A DNA stretch of 64,000 bases from Rhina ancylostomus (GCA_030265395.1 JARFYF010000052.1:52306865-52370864), one strand, 5' to 3'. Shown: positions 34,751 through 49,520, numbered from the stretch's first letter. The notes: a model not told the origin generated them from the sequence alone. Program-made: numbers and translations.

Positions 34751-37024
34751 TCATCTATTTACCAATTTACTTATCCAGTACTAGGTAGTGGATAAGCAGT
34801 AGGGCAGTTTAGTGTCAATGGAAGGTTCAAGTGAGATGGTGGTGAGGTAGAGCTGAATGCTATCAGTGTATAAATGTTGCTGTATTTTTGAATGTGGTTG
34901 CCAATGGGTATCATGTAGAAGAAAAGTAGGTTTTGATGTGCATTTTTCATCCATATGGTGTTGATGCCCTGTTTGACAACATTCTCACTGGTGTTTACCA
35001 GATTGGGAACATTTTCTTGGAGAATGAAAGTCTTGAAGGGAATCCTGAACTTTACAGCACAAGTTACTAAGGTTCCCTTGCACTAACACTACAAATCCAG
35101 TCTTAGTTATCCCTTCTTACCACTGAAGTAACAGGAAATAATCAGGAAAAATAACAATTCTTCAACCCCATCTTGCAATCGGTATGATTCAATCCCAGCA
35201 TTTGATCTCAAGATCCAAACTTAATCCAAGTAACACAAAGTAACCCTTAGCCCTATCAAGATGATTGGTTTCATCTACTGGTTTCATGTTTCTAAAAGAT
35301 GCAGTATTATTGAATTAAGAAATTTATCATATCCATAGATTTGTGTTCTTACAATAGTGTCATTGTGTTTATTTTGCACATGTGTAGGTTATGTATAATT
35401 TATGTTAATTTAAGTTCATGTTAACTAGTGTTTGTCCTTGTCTTGTGATGTCCTGTGCTGCTGCTGCAAAAAGCTGAATTTCATGGCATTTATACCCTGT
35501 GTATGTAGGCCTATGACAACAATAAACTTGAATTTGAACTTATATTTCAAAAGATTATTAGCATCAAGGACTCACACCTTACAAGTTGGAAATTTGTATC
35601 ACCTGTGCTTGGTAAGATGAATCAGACTTGCAAGAAAAAATATATTGTTTGATCTTGAAATATTTAGAACTGTAAATTCTATCACATACTATTTTTTAAG
35701 CCATTGAAAACTGACTTTACAATGAGCGAAAAGCGATAATGACCATTTCCAGATTGTTTCGCATCACTCTGGAAACCTGACTAGACACTTGCCAGAGTGA
35801 TTCATCCTTGTGTGACTTACATGACTTCTGTGTCAATCATTGGAAACTTGTTCAGAAATTTACACCAAGTTATCTCAAGAGTGACCATTAATTTGGTTTC
35901 AATATAGCAGCAACAGTCCAGGATGTATAAGTCCCTTGCTTCTCTGACCCTTCTCGCCACTATTCCTCCACAAGGCACTGATTCCATCCCACTTCCAAAT
36001 CTCATGCCCAATAACCCCAGGCCACTGACCTTCTGGTGCCCAGTGGCACACAAACCTCCCTCCTCACTCCAACTATTCTTCTCCCAACCAGATCTTCCAA
36101 TTACCTAGCTCCAAACTTCCACCTACCACTTACCTGATTCCTACCTGAGCCCAATCCTGATCTTCTTTGAAAGCCCCCTCTTAGTTTCAACTCTCTTTGA
36201 AGACACCCTTTGTTCACTCCAGGCCACTTACTTTTCTCGCTGAGTCTTATTTTTGGCCTCTGGCTGATCCTTTCTTCCCATCAAACCTTAGATCTCCTTC
36301 TTAGGCAGCACTTTTACTGTTACAGAAAGTGCAACAACCTCTCAGTAGGGCCTTCATCACAGAAAAATCTGCATCTGAAACAGTCATTAGCCCTACTGTA
36401 ATACCCATCTATGGAACCAATTTATCTGCACTAGAATTTCAAGGCATTAAGGGTGGTATATAATTCTGTGGTGGATGGATCTTTATAGATCGATGCAAGT
36501 ATTTGAAATGGATCTTCTAAAGAAAGAGATGGTGGACTTATACCTGGATTTGTCATTCTTAGTCCTATTATCCAGCTATTGCTTGCTTTGATTTGTGTAA
36601 GATTCCAACAGTATTCTCCTGAAAGATCACTACCGCGAAAATTCACCTTATTTTCTCTGCTAAGTGGCTCCAGCATTTTCAGCTTATATTTTCAGCAAAT
36701 GTAGGACAGCAAAAGGCTCTGTTATTCTCTTGGCTAGGCTGCATGTCTCCCATTTGCTCACTCCCTTAAATTTGTTGCCATTGTCTGCTCGCGCAGTTTC
36801 CCTGAGCAATCCATTCCATACAATTACCATCCTCGACATAAAGTGGTGAACTCTAATCCATTCCCTTGAGCCTGCCTTATCTGGTTCAAGTTTGTAGCAA
36901 TTTCATATTGTCAACATTCAAGTTATCCACTTAGTCAAAAAATGGAATACTTGAATAATATATCCCTAATGCTTTTGTTCTCCAGAGTAAACAAGCCCAA
37001 GGTCTTCAGTCCTTCATCACAAGT

Positions 37025-37345
37025 GGGAGGCATAGTGGTGCAGCTAGTCGAGCTGCTAACTCACAGCTCTGGTAACCAGGGTTTTCCTGCAGCTGCATGG
37101 TTTTTCTTTTGATGGTCCGACTTTCTTCCACATCCCAGAAGTGTGTGGAATGGTAGGTTAAGTGGCCGCTGTAAATTGCCCCTAGCACATAGATGACTGG
37201 TAGAATATGGGGAGAGGAGTTGATGGGAATGTGTGGTGAATAAAATGGGTTAGGGTAGATTTAGTGTAAAAGTGGGTGCCTGATGGTTAGCATTAACTCA
37301 ATGGGCTAAAGGGCCTGTTTCCATGCTGTAAATCTCTATGACTGT
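37025..37345 (+). mobile_element. tRNA-derived SINE (HE1-like) with CR1-type 3' tail
   Basis: Head gtggtgcagctagtcgagctgct, core tttcttccacatcccagaag...ggccgctgtaaattgcccctag, tail gggctaaagggcctgtttccatgctgta...tctatg. Confidence 0.75.
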
Positions 37346-38809
37346 AACTCAGATGCCTTAAGCCAAGTTTTGTTCCGGTCCTGCAGTGCCTTGAATAATA
37401 AGATATATCTGTAAGTATATATAAATCAGATTTGTGTGCAGTTTTGTAGGTGTGGCTGTGCTAATGTCTCACTGTAATTCATTATTATCTCCTGGGATTT
37501 GTGTATTAATCCTTTAACAATATATAGGTCCAATGAGCTTTCCTCATTTAAACCAATAGTATAGTTCAGCAGCAACAATCAAACCTCAAGGAACCACTCT
37601 TTTCTTGCTTGCATTTTCTTCTGCATCTTGGGGATATTTGGTTTTGCTCTGTTTATTTCTCTTCCCTGGCCTTATTAATTTGCCTTTGTCCACATTANNN
37701 NNNNNNNNNNNNNNNNNNNNNNNNNNNNNNNNNNTATCCAGATCTCTTTGTATTTGCCTTAGCTCTTTATCATTGTTAACAATACTCTTTCTAAAAAATG
37801 TATCAACTGAATATTCAGAGTTCTCACATTTACTAATTACCTACACAAGCCATATCGTCCCAGCAGTAATCGCTCTGGCGTCCTGCTGTGATCATTTGCC
37901 ATTTTGATGGGGCTCCATTCACAAATTCTCTTTCTCTCATTTTTATTTTCAACTGCCAATTGATCTCATAAACTTGGCTCCTATTCCCTGTCTTTTAGCC
38001 ATGCAAATTAATAATTTGTTTGCTGGAGTCTTAAAACTCTTGAAGAAATCTAAACATATCACATTCACAATTTCTGTAGTTAACAAGGTCTATAATTTTG
38101 TCAAAGAACTCAAGTAAATCTGTATAACAAGACCTGCCCACTATGTGTTGAGAATGCCTGGTTTATGGCCAAGTCTTTTTGTATTATGAATTGTTCAGTT
38201 TGGCCAGTTTATCCATTGGAAGCTACTGATGAAGATATGTTGATTTCTTCCAGGAAATTAAGTAAATTAAATGGATTTGCAGCAAAACATTGTTCTCACA
38301 TTGTTCTCCACTGACTAACTAAAGATTAAATCATTTGGCCACCATCTTAAAGGAATTTTAATATGCAATATTTTTAATGGCTCCTGACTAGGACAGAGAG
38401 TATGTTATAGAGCAAGATATTCAGCATTACAGTCTCTTGGATTAGTTTTGATAGCCTGGAGGGATCAGAGAGGAATTTTGTTCCCAATGAACCTTGGGTT
38501 CTTGAGATAGTTTTTCTTCTCTTCCAAGAAATTTTTGACATCTAGAGAATATGCATGAGACATCACAGCTAAGTGGGATACACTAATTGAATCAGGTTGT
38601 CTTTTCACTTTAATGTTTTCATATATAAATTATCAAAAGATTGGAGCACTGGGCTCTCAGAGTGCACAAGAAGGATTTAAAAAAAGGGAGAAAATAAATA
38701 TGTTTCAGATTCTAGTAGTTCCACCCAGTTTAAAACCACAGCAGCTCAATTGGAAGAGTAATCTGTTTTTCACTCAATTATTCAATTTGTAGACAATATT
38801 AACCTGTAT

Positions 38810-39119
38810 TCACCTATAAAGGGCAAGACCCTCAACAGTGTTGAGGAGCAGAGAGACCTTGGGGTGCAAATCAAGTGGCTCACTGAAAGTGGCTACACAG
38901 GTAGACAGGGTGGTAAAGAAAGCTTATGGATTGCTTACTTTCATTAATCGGGGTATTGAGTATAGGAGTCAAGAAGTTATGATGCATCTCTATAGAACTC
39001 TGGTTAGGCTGCGTGCAATTCTGGTCACCTTACTACAGGAAAGATGTCGAGGCTTTAGAGAGGGTGCAGAGGAGGTTTACTAGGATGCTGCCTGGATTAG
39101 AGGGCATGTGCTATCAGGA
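38810..39119 (+). mobile_element. CR1 LINE fragment
   Basis: SLKVATQVDRVVKKAYGLLTFINRGIEYRSQEVMMHLYRTLVR and QFWSPYYRKDVEALERVQRRFTRMLPGL. Confidence 0.9.
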
Positions 39120-42100
39120 NNNNNNNNNNNNNNNNNNNNNNNNNNNNNNNNNNNNNNNNNNNNNNNNNNNNNNNNNNNNNNNNNNNNNNNNNNNNNNNNN
39201 NNNNNNNNNNNNNNNNNNNCCCTCTGATATCAGAAGCCATGTTTGCAACAAATAGAAGATCTACCTCAGTCAGGTCCTTTACTTGGCCTGGATGAGACCT
39301 GGCAGATTTTTATCCTCCCTTATTTTCCACAGCTCTGGTGTACTTCAGTTAACTCATCATCAGAGTAGTTATGGTCCAGCTCCATGTTGAAGGGGACCCT
39401 TTCATGAATAAGTATCTAATTTTTAATAAAAATGGATCTCCTTGAGAAATGACAAAGTTAAATGAGATGCTTACAACAAGCCCTCACTTCTGACATCCAA
39501 ATACAGTCTTAGAGTATCTGGCCAATTTGACTACTCTTTCCATTAGTATTACACAACTGAGATTTCAGCCTCAAAACTTTGTTAGATTTGAAATCACGCT
39601 AACCTGAGTGCTGTATTCCCAAATTTTGCTACCAAATCGGTAACTTATTTGGTGAAAATTAATTTTACAGAGTTACATAATTGCCTCACATGTTTTCTAT
39701 ATTTGATATTTAAAGGTTTTAGAATTTGTATATTCACACATGGAAAAAAACTTGTATGTAAATTGCAGACTCTGTGTTCATGTATAAGCAGCAAAATAGT
39801 GATAAATACATGGAATGGAGTTTGGAACTTAATTACACAAATACAGGTGTGGAGGGCATCCTACCAGGATCAGCTAAGGTCATACATGAATTAATTACCA
39901 CCAAGCCAGGAGGCAGCCCCAGAGCACGTGTCAGAAAGGCATTTTTTGCCCTTTGAATGCCATTAACCTGTCAACCAAAAAGGATGTTAAAGTTTTAAAA
40001 TCAAGAATAATTCTTATGATGTAATCTGTGAAAAGTTAACTGCGGCTATGTTATACAAGCCAAAGTAAATATCCACAACTGTTATAATCCTGCAATTAAT
40101 TAAAACATTTTCATGCTGAAAGTCTCTTGTCGTGATACAAAGTTAAATTCAGCAGATGGTGATTTAGTGGCTGAATGCAGTTAATATGTAACAGATTGGC
40201 ATATATTTATCATCATACAAATACAAGTTCAATTTAAGCTGATGATATACTGTGTAAGTAGCTTATGTATTTCTAATAAAAAATGTCAGATGCTCACAAA
40301 ATATAATTTTTTTAAAAATCAAAAGCTCTCTACAGAGGCTCTTAAAAGACTTTTTTTTGAAAATCTGATACAATTAATAGGGGGCAATGAATGATTAACT
40401 CAAGGCGAACAAAACTATTGAGTATCAGTTGTTGATTTTTCACATATAAAACATTCAGGCAATAAAGTAAAGAAGGTCATCAGAGTACCAATACACACTT
40501 CTATTGTCCAGGCACAGTGCTGAGAGATAGTGGCAAAGGTAATTTGTTATCCTCTGAAGTATGAGGACACATCAAAGGATGTTCCCTGATATTTGTGCAT
40601 CTTTTGGTGGCTGCCCAAGGAAGGTATTAACGATAGGTTCAGGGGCAGTTTTTGCTTGGCGGCAGAAAGGCACAGCCTGGAAAGATTTGCAAAAAATGAA
40701 TGCTCAAACAAACCTGCAGAACAGCACCATACCCCTGACCAGTTTCAGATTTCATGACTTAATTTCTGCCATAGTTTGGAAAACAGTCATGCCTGCCATC
40801 TACTGGCCTGAAAACTGAACAAAATCAAAAGGAAGGTTAGTACACANNNNNNNNNNNNNNNNNNNNNNNNNNNNNNNNNNNNNNNNNNNNNNNNNNNNNN
40901 NNNNNAGGACCATGCTATTTCGTCTGATGTGGTCCTGGGCTCAACTCAGTAAGGGAGGACTGACTCCCAAATAAACAGCAAAGCCCCGCACAGTGCACAG
41001 CCTGTGGGTATGTTATACCAGCTAAAGTAAGTAGCTAACTCCACTCTTGAACAGCCTTGATAATCAGCAATGACCCATTCTGGGTTCATCTGCTGTAAAA
41101 GCTGTCAAACCATTCAGCACTTGCTTTCAAAGATTCCCCTTCCTTCACGTTGACAATTTAAGTCCCTGAAGTGACAAAGAGAAAAACCCTTTTCTGTAAA
41201 AAGTGGTTGAATGGTGAGAGCTCCCAGCAATAGATTAAATGAAACGGTAAGTAACGAGGACCTCACACTCTTCTGGTTCTCCAGTCTACAAATACAGGTT
41301 GGCACAACCAGGTTTGATGGCAACGGGGTACTTTGAATTCCACCTCCTTGTATTTCTTCTTCTTACTGACCAGAAATAAAAGCCACCACCAAATAAACAT
41401 TCTGTGTCAAGGGTATTCATGAAATCATGTAATGACATCAACTAATTACCCTTGTGCACTACCTTAGTGCTTATCTTCCATGCAGTGTGTTGATAGAAGA
41501 CTACAAGCTTCCAGTTGTCTTGGAAGACAACGTCAAGGCGGCCAGGCTGTGGACTTCACCATCACATGGTCTGGGCTGGCTGGCTGACAGGGCAATAGCA
41601 AGAGAACTGACAGAGTGGCTGGGTTTGGAGAATGACTCCTTTTCCTGAGAGGGAACAGCAAGTTTGTGTTCTGGTGAGTCCTTGCCACTCCACTGCCATG
41701 GCACCTCAACTGTTCACGTAACCTAGAGGAAAACCTGCTCATCTGCTCCAACATCCTGCAAGCCCTATTGAACATTGCTATTTCAGCTTTCCAGAATATG
41801 AGTTTCTTTTCCGCCCCATTTCTGGCAGACTTCCCAATGCACCAAAGATTCTGTTAGCTTTCTTCTGTAGAATGGAATGGCCCACAGAGATGCTCAACTG
41901 ATTCCTCAATTGCAGGATTTACAGATGACCCCACCCTTCAGTGAGCTGCCAGTTGTGCCATTCCAAGTCTGACCTGGCCACTCGTACCCGATGCCTTATG
42001 ATGTATAGATCGCTTCCTCCCACAGTGAGAGTATCTGATCTGGTGGCTATGCAAGTCAAGTGATGATGTGTTTTCTTGCTGTTACTCCATTGTCTGATTA

Positions 42101-44356
42101 GGTGGGACTTCTTGGTTATCTTAAAAGAGAAAGGAATAAAGATAAACATGATGAAGGGAGTGGGGGAATGTATGTGTGAGCCCACTCTATTTGTAATTTA
42201 CAAATCAGAAAAGATCGTGGATGTGGAGGCAGTGGTATATGACAGGAAGGATTAGATAAGAAGATATTATCTTCTAAGATTTCATATGATTTCAAAAGAA
42301 ATTGATTCAGTTTTGTTGACAACCATAGGTTCAGCAGTTGCCATTCCCAAAAATGGTTAGCATCCTCCTCCATGATCTCTAGGTCATGCAGGTAAGCCTG
42401 TCTTTCCTCAGTTAGATCCTGCTAACTTTTTTCTGCGCCTCATATTGCAAGAGAAATAGGGGCATGCACAGATGAGAACGGGCAAGCAGGGACACAGCTT
42501 TACTAATCATTAAGCAAGTTAGGGACAGGCATATATGGACAGAGGCCTATATGTATGCACTTAGTGTGCTCCTCCAAAAAGGATCATTTTCAATTTCCTG
42601 GAGAGGAATGCAGTGTGCTGTGCTTTCTAAGTGATATAGTTGCTGTGGCTGAACAGCTATTGTCTGCACCAGTTGTGAAATATAAGTGTGAGGCTAGCAG
42701 TAATGTAATAGAACATATGAATGGCTAGTAGGAGTCCTGATTGATTGAAGCTGTTGGTCATTTAAGTGATGGGGGTATGCTCTATTGAGCAGTGTCTGAG
42801 GCCAGTGGTGCACTTAGTAAATTACCTACTAACCCTGATCACTCATGTGAGGTCACTGAACATTTCAAAGATCTGCACCCAGATTATTAATCTCCAAGAT
42901 GTTCTGTACTGCTACGTTTTCTGACTATGAACAGAAGGCCTCTTGGTCCCTGGTAACATTGCACATAATTCCTGTGTTCTACCTCCTCAATTTGTGCATT
43001 ATCCAAAATTCCAGGAACACATTGATTTGCTGTGGGTTTTGTACAACAGGGTCAGGTTGGTAGAGGATCTTGGCTGAGGCCCATTCTCTACTAAGCATCA
43101 GTGAATGAATTGACAGTGAGCGGGAGCCCACACTCTGAACTCAAAAAATAAAAGTATTGTCTGTGTACTGTAGTTCGATGAGTGAGTTGGAGTGACCCAG
43201 GTTTTGGAGTGAAGGCAACATAGATTACACCATTTCCCCAGCCACTTCACCAAAATGTCACCCTGATACTTCTGTATGGTAGCTGGTGTGCAACATTCAT
43301 CCTTCATTAAAAGAAATTACACACAGGAATCTTCCACTCCTCAAAATAAATTTCAGTATCTGGAATATCAGAACTCATATAGCCAGTCCCAAAAGCAAAA
43401 GACTTAACGTCAATTTGCTTTGAGCTAACATATTCTACAGCATGGGTGTCTGTCACTGCTCTGAAGTGGAAATTTCTTTGTTAAGTAATTAGTATTTGCT
43501 TCAGATATAATGATTACAATGTGTGTACAAAGTAAGGCCAAATTGCATAATTCTTACGTGGTTCACTAACATCCCCTTGAAACACAAGGAGGAAGGGGTG
43601 GTAAATAGTTTTACACTACAAATTTGTGGTTTACACTGTGCTCAGGATTGTTACAGTTTCGAAGAAGATAGTAACAACATCAAGGTATGAAGTAATGCTT
43701 AAAGAATGATAGCAATCTGTTCAGAGTATCACCCTCACCAAATCTGAGATCATGCTCTTGGATTGCAGCAACACCCTTTTGTACGCCATGTATGACCTCT
43801 CAGAAAGTGATGGTAACCAAGTATCAACAGATGACACAAAGGGAGCATATTTTAAACAATATTTTAAAGCAGGTGAGGATAGTATGGGTGTTGGAAAATA
43901 AGCACCCACCATCCCTGATTGTTGGTGGAAACTAGCTAATGTGCACTGGATAAAATCCAGCCCTAATTGTTCCCACTATGTCTGATGTAGACAACTATGA
44001 TACTTGGTTCATTCAGAGGTTATTGAGCAAACAGCAACATATCTGTAAAAACATAATATTGTGCAACTGTAAAAGAGGCAGCAGTTACCAAGGCAAAATC
44101 AGTACCTGTTGGCTGAGATGCAAAGTCATCAAATTCAGTAAACCAAACTGGATTTGAAAAGCAGTGAGGTGCAATAAGAATGAAGTTCTGCATTTATTAT
44201 TTGGTGCCTCTGTAGAACAAAGTTTAGTTATCTGACATTTGACGATTATATAATTTGCAACTAAGACAGGAACTCCAGTTACTGGAATTCAATAAAGCTT
44301 TATGCTGCATGGAATTACAATATAATTGTAAAGTTAAGGCTGTTGGTATCTAAAGT

Positions 44357-45365
44357 CATGAGGATGGGATCCATGGAGACTTGGCTGTGTGAATTCGGAA
44401 CTGGCTTGCCCACAGAAGGCAGAAGGTGGTTGTAGATGGAGCATATTCTGCTTGGAGATTGGTGACCAGTGGTGTTCTGCAGGGATCTGTTCTGGGACCC
44501 CTACTCTTCGTGATTTTTATAAATAATTTGGATGAGGAAGTGGAGGGATGGGTTAGTAAGCTTGCAGATGACATGACTGTTGTAGGGGCTGCGGATAGTG
44601 TAGAAGATTGTCAGAGGTTGAATGGGATATAGACAGGATACGGAGTTGGGCAGAGAACTGGCAGATGGAGTTCAATCCAGAAAAGTGTGAAGTGATACAC
44701 TTTGGAAGAATGAATGTGAAGTCGGAGTACAAGGTNNNNNNNNNNNNNNNNNNNNNNNNNNNNNNNNNNNNNNNNNNNNNNNNNNNNNNNNNNNNNNNNN
44801 NNNNNNNNNNNNNNNNNNNNNNNNNNNNNNNNNNNNNNNNNNNNNNNNNNNNNNNNNNNNNNNNNNNNNNNNNNNNNNNNNNNNNNNNNNNNNNNNNNNN
44901 NNNNNNNNNNNNNNNNNNNNNNNNNNNNNNNNNNNNNNNNNNNNNNNNNNNNNNNNNNNNNNNNNNNNNNNNNNNNNNNNNNNNNNNNNNNNNNNNNNNN
45001 NNNNNNNNNNNNNNNNNNNNNNNNNNNNNNNNNNNNNNNNNNNNNNNNNNNNNNNNNNNNNNNNNNNNNNNNNNNNNNNNNNNNNNNNNNNNNNNNNNNN
45101 NNNNNNNNNNNNNNNNNNNNNNNNNNNNNNNNNNNNNNNNNNNNNNNNNNNNNNNNNNNNNNNNNNNNNNNNNNNNNNNNNNNNNNNNNNNNNNNNNNNG
45201 GACATTTAAAAGACTCTTAGATAGGCACATGGATATGAGAAAAATGGAGGGTTATGGGCTGTGTAGGAGGGAAGGGTTAGATTGACCATGGAGTAGGTGT
45301 TTATATAGGTTGGCACTACAGCGTGGGCCAAAGGGCGCGTACTGTGCTGTACTGTTCTATGTTTG
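44357..45365 (+). mobile_element. Relatively young 5'-truncated CR1 LINE (partly gapped)
   Basis: VVDGAYSAWRLVTSGVLQGSVLGPLLFVIFINNLDEEVEGWVSKLADD and WQMEFNPEKCEVIHFG, with a 3' tail gggccaaagggcgcgtactgtgctgtactgttctatgtt. Confidence 0.92.
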
Positions 45366-46384
45366 TTCTATAATTATACATTTAATCTAGTTGCTATTTT
45401 AATGACTGAAAGGTGTACAGCCTGACAGTATTCTTTAACCAGCAATTAATACTCTATTAAAATGCTGGTTATTGATTGCAATATAAAATCCAAATGCTAA
45501 AGGCATACATACTTTGAACATTGAAACCTTCTTAAAAGAAATTAAACACAAAAATGTAAAGATCAACTAGGTGCCTTCGAACAAAGGCTACAAATTTGCA
45601 ATTTTCAAAATAAAATAATTTGGAAAAATAGAATGTGTAGTTACTATATACATTACGTATTAAAGTTAGAATAAAAACAAGACCAGGTAGAAATGGTAGC
45701 AGCTGACATTTGTATAGAGTGCACCTACGTAAGCATGGCAGCCAGAAGTCCTGCAATTGTCAAGTGGAGTCAAGGATTCTTCACCAGAACTGGAAGTGAG
45801 AGAACAAGTGTGTTTTAAGTTGCAAAGAGGTGAATGGGTGGAGGGAACAAAGGAGTGTCTGCGAAAGGGTGTAAACCAAAATGGTTAAGGTAACGGTTAC
45901 TTAAAAAACTGTAGTTGGAGAAAGAATAGAAAAATAAAACAAAATGAAACAGAAAGGTACAGCTATATTCATGGAGAGGGGGACAAGGGTGTGTGTACGT
46001 GTGCGGGGGGGGGATAGAATTAAATTTAGTATTAAGTATCAAGGGCTGAAATGCATCCAGATGAATGTCAAGGTAATTTTTCTCAAGCTTCTACTGTGAT
46101 AAGACTAGTGAACGGTTCCCTTATACGATAAGATGGACTCTTGACCTCACAATCTACCTTGTTGTGACCTTGCACCTTATTGCCTACCTGCACTGCACTT
46201 CCTCTGTAGCTGTGACACTTTACTCTGTACNNNNNNNNNNNNNNNNNNNNNNNNNNNNNNNNNNNNNNNNNNNNNNNNNNNNNNNNNNNNNNNNNNNNNN
46301 NNNNNNNNNNNNNACCTGTATGATCAATATGCAAGGCAAGTTTTTCACTGTACCTCAGTACAAGTGACAGTAATAAACCAATAC

Positions 46385-47140
46385 ACTGGACCTCATTGAA
46401 GCAACGCAGGAGCTGGAAGACAGAGGGGTCAGAGTGGGACCTGAGTGGAGAATTAAAGTGACAGATAACTAAGGGTCACCTTTGTAGACTGAACAGAGGT
46501 GTTTTGCAAAGCAGTTATGCAATCTGCATTAGGTTTCTCCAACATGGAGGAGATCACATTGTGAACACTGAATGCAATATATTGAATTGGAAGAAGTGCA
46601 AGCAAATAACTGCTTCACTAGAAAGATTGGGTGGGAAGGGAAGAGGGAATAGGGCAGATGTTGCATCTCCTGTGGTTACATGGTAAAATGTCATGAAAAA
46701 GGCAGTGATTGGTGGAGATGGAAGACTGAATCAGGGAATCACAAAGGAATGTTTTAAGGAGAGGAGAATGAGAAATGATTATGGAGGATGATCTGTTGAA
46801 TGTGGAAACTAGTGGAGGAAGGTAAGGAATAAGGTAAGGAACTCTATTCTTGGTTTTCCTAGGAAAAGAGTGACTGAGAGCAGAAGTGCAAGAATAGGGG
46901 AAAACAGGATGCAGAGTCCTGTTAGGTGTTATTAAGGAAAAGCTACAGTTAAGGAAAAAGACATCCAGAAGCAAATCTTGTCATCAGATGAGATATGATG
47001 ACTGAAATTGGAACAATGGAATGGATCCTTGTAGGAAGCAGGGGTGGAAGGAGGCACAGTTGAAATAGCGGGAATTAGTGGGTTTATAATGGATATTGGT
47101 AATGACCTATACTGAGATAGAGATGACAGATCAGGGATAA
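46385..47140 (-). mobile_element. Decayed Penelope-like element fragment
   Basis: Colinear similarity to 3560-4400 (gggtcagagtggga...gaattaaagtg; aagaagtgcaagcaaataactgcttcac; gagagcagaagtgc; agtgggtttataatggatattggt). Confidence 0.7.
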
Positions 47141-48589
47141 TAAAGGATGAATAATAAATGTGAGCAATGTCAGTAATTTATATGCTGTGAACAAATAAAA
47201 GAAGATTGATATACAACAAGCCAAACTTCCAATGGCGGAATTTGCGATGTATGTACAGAGGCTAGTTGGCTAATCTGAAGTCATCAACATCACTGAGAAT
47301 TTTAGTTCATGCAAGAACTTTAGGTGCATGACCTCCCACATGGCTTTGTTTTTTGCATGTTCGATGTGGGATAGATGAATTCTGTCAAACAGACATTTTG
47401 CAAGTCTTGTGTCTCTGAAACATAATCTTTCAAAAAAACAAGTACAGTTGTTAAAAAAGCCCATTCACATTTTTACAAAGAACGCAACAAAGGAGAAATA
47501 ATGAGTAATACAATAGAAATGTTCATGTTACCAATGTTTTTCTTAGTCCAACACTATGGAGTCAGAAAGTTGTTTGTTGATTACTGCCCCTTGGCAACAC
47601 TATCTGCTCCATTGGGACAATTACCAAATGTATGCTGATGACATCCAGCTCTACCACTTCTCGTTTTCTTGACCTTCTCACTTCCTCCGAGTTGTCAGTC
47701 TGCTTGTTCAAAATTCTGTCTAGGGTGGGTCATGATTTCCTTCTGCTCTGCCATAAATCCATACTTTTGCACCAATTCCAATTCCCTTCCCCATCAACCT
47801 CAGGCTGAACTAAGCTGTTTGAGACTTTAGTAAACCACTCTCAGTGGAATTTATGCTCCGTTTACTCTCTATCACAAAGACTACCCATTTCCACTTCTAC
47901 TGTATCACAGTACTATATTGAACTGNNNNNNNNNNNNNNNNNNNNNNNNNNNNNNNNNNNNNNNNNNNNNNNNNNNNNNNNNNNNNNNNNNNNNNNNNNN
48001 NNNNNNNNNNNNNNNNNNNNNNNNNATCACAGTACTATATTGAACTGAGTAGTCATTTTGAACATCAACATATTGCATTTATTTGATGTATTTTAATATA
48101 ATAAACCACCTCAAATACATCTAAGTTTTATGAAATGCACTTATTTTCTAATCAGATATAGACTGCTGTACACATTCTGATGTCCATTGTAATATTAAGG
48201 ACAAAGTAGCACTGAAGAGCGTGCAAAAATAATTTACAAGGATAATAACAGAATTGACAAGTTTTACCCATCAGGTCACATGGCACACTTTTGTGGTGCC
48301 AACTCCAAGTAAACATTGCATTACTTCACAAATACACACGTCTATTGACATATTGTCCAAAAATAAAAACAGAATGATGGCTTTGCACAATCTCAGGAAG
48401 ATTAGAGGGACCTGGAACTCAACTGAATATGACCTGAAGTCTCTGGTAATTTGTGAAAACTAATGAGGATCGATGGGTTTTGGGCACCTCTGAATCCATG
48501 CAAGCAGAAAGATGTGCACCCTCAGAGGTTCAAGTGTACACCTGACATTACAACTGGTAAGTCCCTAGTAACTGGACCAGAAACCAAAA

Positions 48590-49015
48590 ACCTCAGGTTC
48601 AGCTAACTGCAAAATTTGCCTGATGTATTTTATGATCTCAGTAATATATCCATCATCCGATCATATTGAAAGTTACCCAGATATACTCTGTTCATACAAA
48701 GCAGGACAAATCTAATCTGGCTAAATATTGTCCAGTCTTCTCCCAACCATCAGCAAAGGGATTGGAGGTGTCATTGACAGTGCTATCAAGCAACATTTAC
48801 CATTAACCTTTTCACTGATGCCCAGTATGGGTTTCAACAGGACCACTGAGCTTCAGACATCATCTGAGTCTTGGTCCAAACATGGACCAAAGAGCTGAAT
48901 TCCAGAAGTGAGCTGAGAGTGACTGCGCTTGATGGTATTTCATTGAATGTGACATCAAATTACCCTGGTAAAACTGAAGTCAATGGTCTTCAATGAGAAA
49001 ACACTCCATTAGCAT
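48590..49015 (+). mobile_element. Second copy of the LINE family seen at 32140
   Basis: aaagcaggacaaatctaatctggctaa...cagtatgggtttcaacaggaccactgagcttcagac...gtccaaacatggaccaaagagctgaattcc. Confidence 0.7.
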
Positions 49016-49134
49016 GATTACTGCCCCTTGGCAATATTATCTGCTCCACTGGGACAATTACCAAATGTATGCTGATGATGTCCAGCTCTACCATTTCTCA
49101 TGTTTTCTTGATCTTCTCAATTCCTCTGAGTGAG

Positions 49135-49520
49135 AAGAGAGAATGACCAGGGTGGCTGCTGCCTGCTTCACCAAGGTAGCGAGAGGTAAAGACAGGGAGT
49201 CCAAGGAGGGGAGGCTGGTTTCTGTAACATGCTGGGCTGTGTCCACAACTCTCTGCAGTTTCTTGTGGTCCTGGTCAGAGTAGTTGCCATACCAAGCCGT
49301 GATGCATCCAGAGAAGATAATTTCTGTGGTGCATCGATAAAAGTTGGTGAATGTCAAAGGGGACATGCCAAATTTCTTTAGCCTCCTGAGGAAGTAGAGG
49401 CGCTGGTGAGCTTTCTTGGCTGTGGTTGGACCAGGACAGGCTATTGGTGATGTTCACCCCTAGGAACTTGAAGCTCTCAACCCTCTCGACCTCAGCACTG
49501 TTGATGTAGACAATTGTTCT
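49135..49520 (-). mobile_element. Rex-Babar LINE RT C-terminal fragment
   Basis: VYINSAEVERVESFKFLGVNITNSLSWS and FTNFYRCTTEIIFSGCITAWYGNYSDQDHKKLQRVV. Confidence 0.88.

Noticed and set aside
35817-35890. Minus-strand stretch ending in |gtaagt, faintly like CENP-K LGEFLxxHFP
   Set aside because: Needs several indels and has no acceptor; not distinguishable from chance.
41400-43965. Possible decayed Harbinger-type DNA transposon (Myb/SANT-like trace near 42830-42900; AAAATCCAGCCC-TAA end at ~43952)
   Set aside because: No matching left terminal repeat or convincing peptide found; too degraded to call by eye.
47904-48047. 22-bp direct repeat atcacagtactatattgaactg flanking a 100-N gap
   Set aside because: Most likely an assembly overlap artefact.
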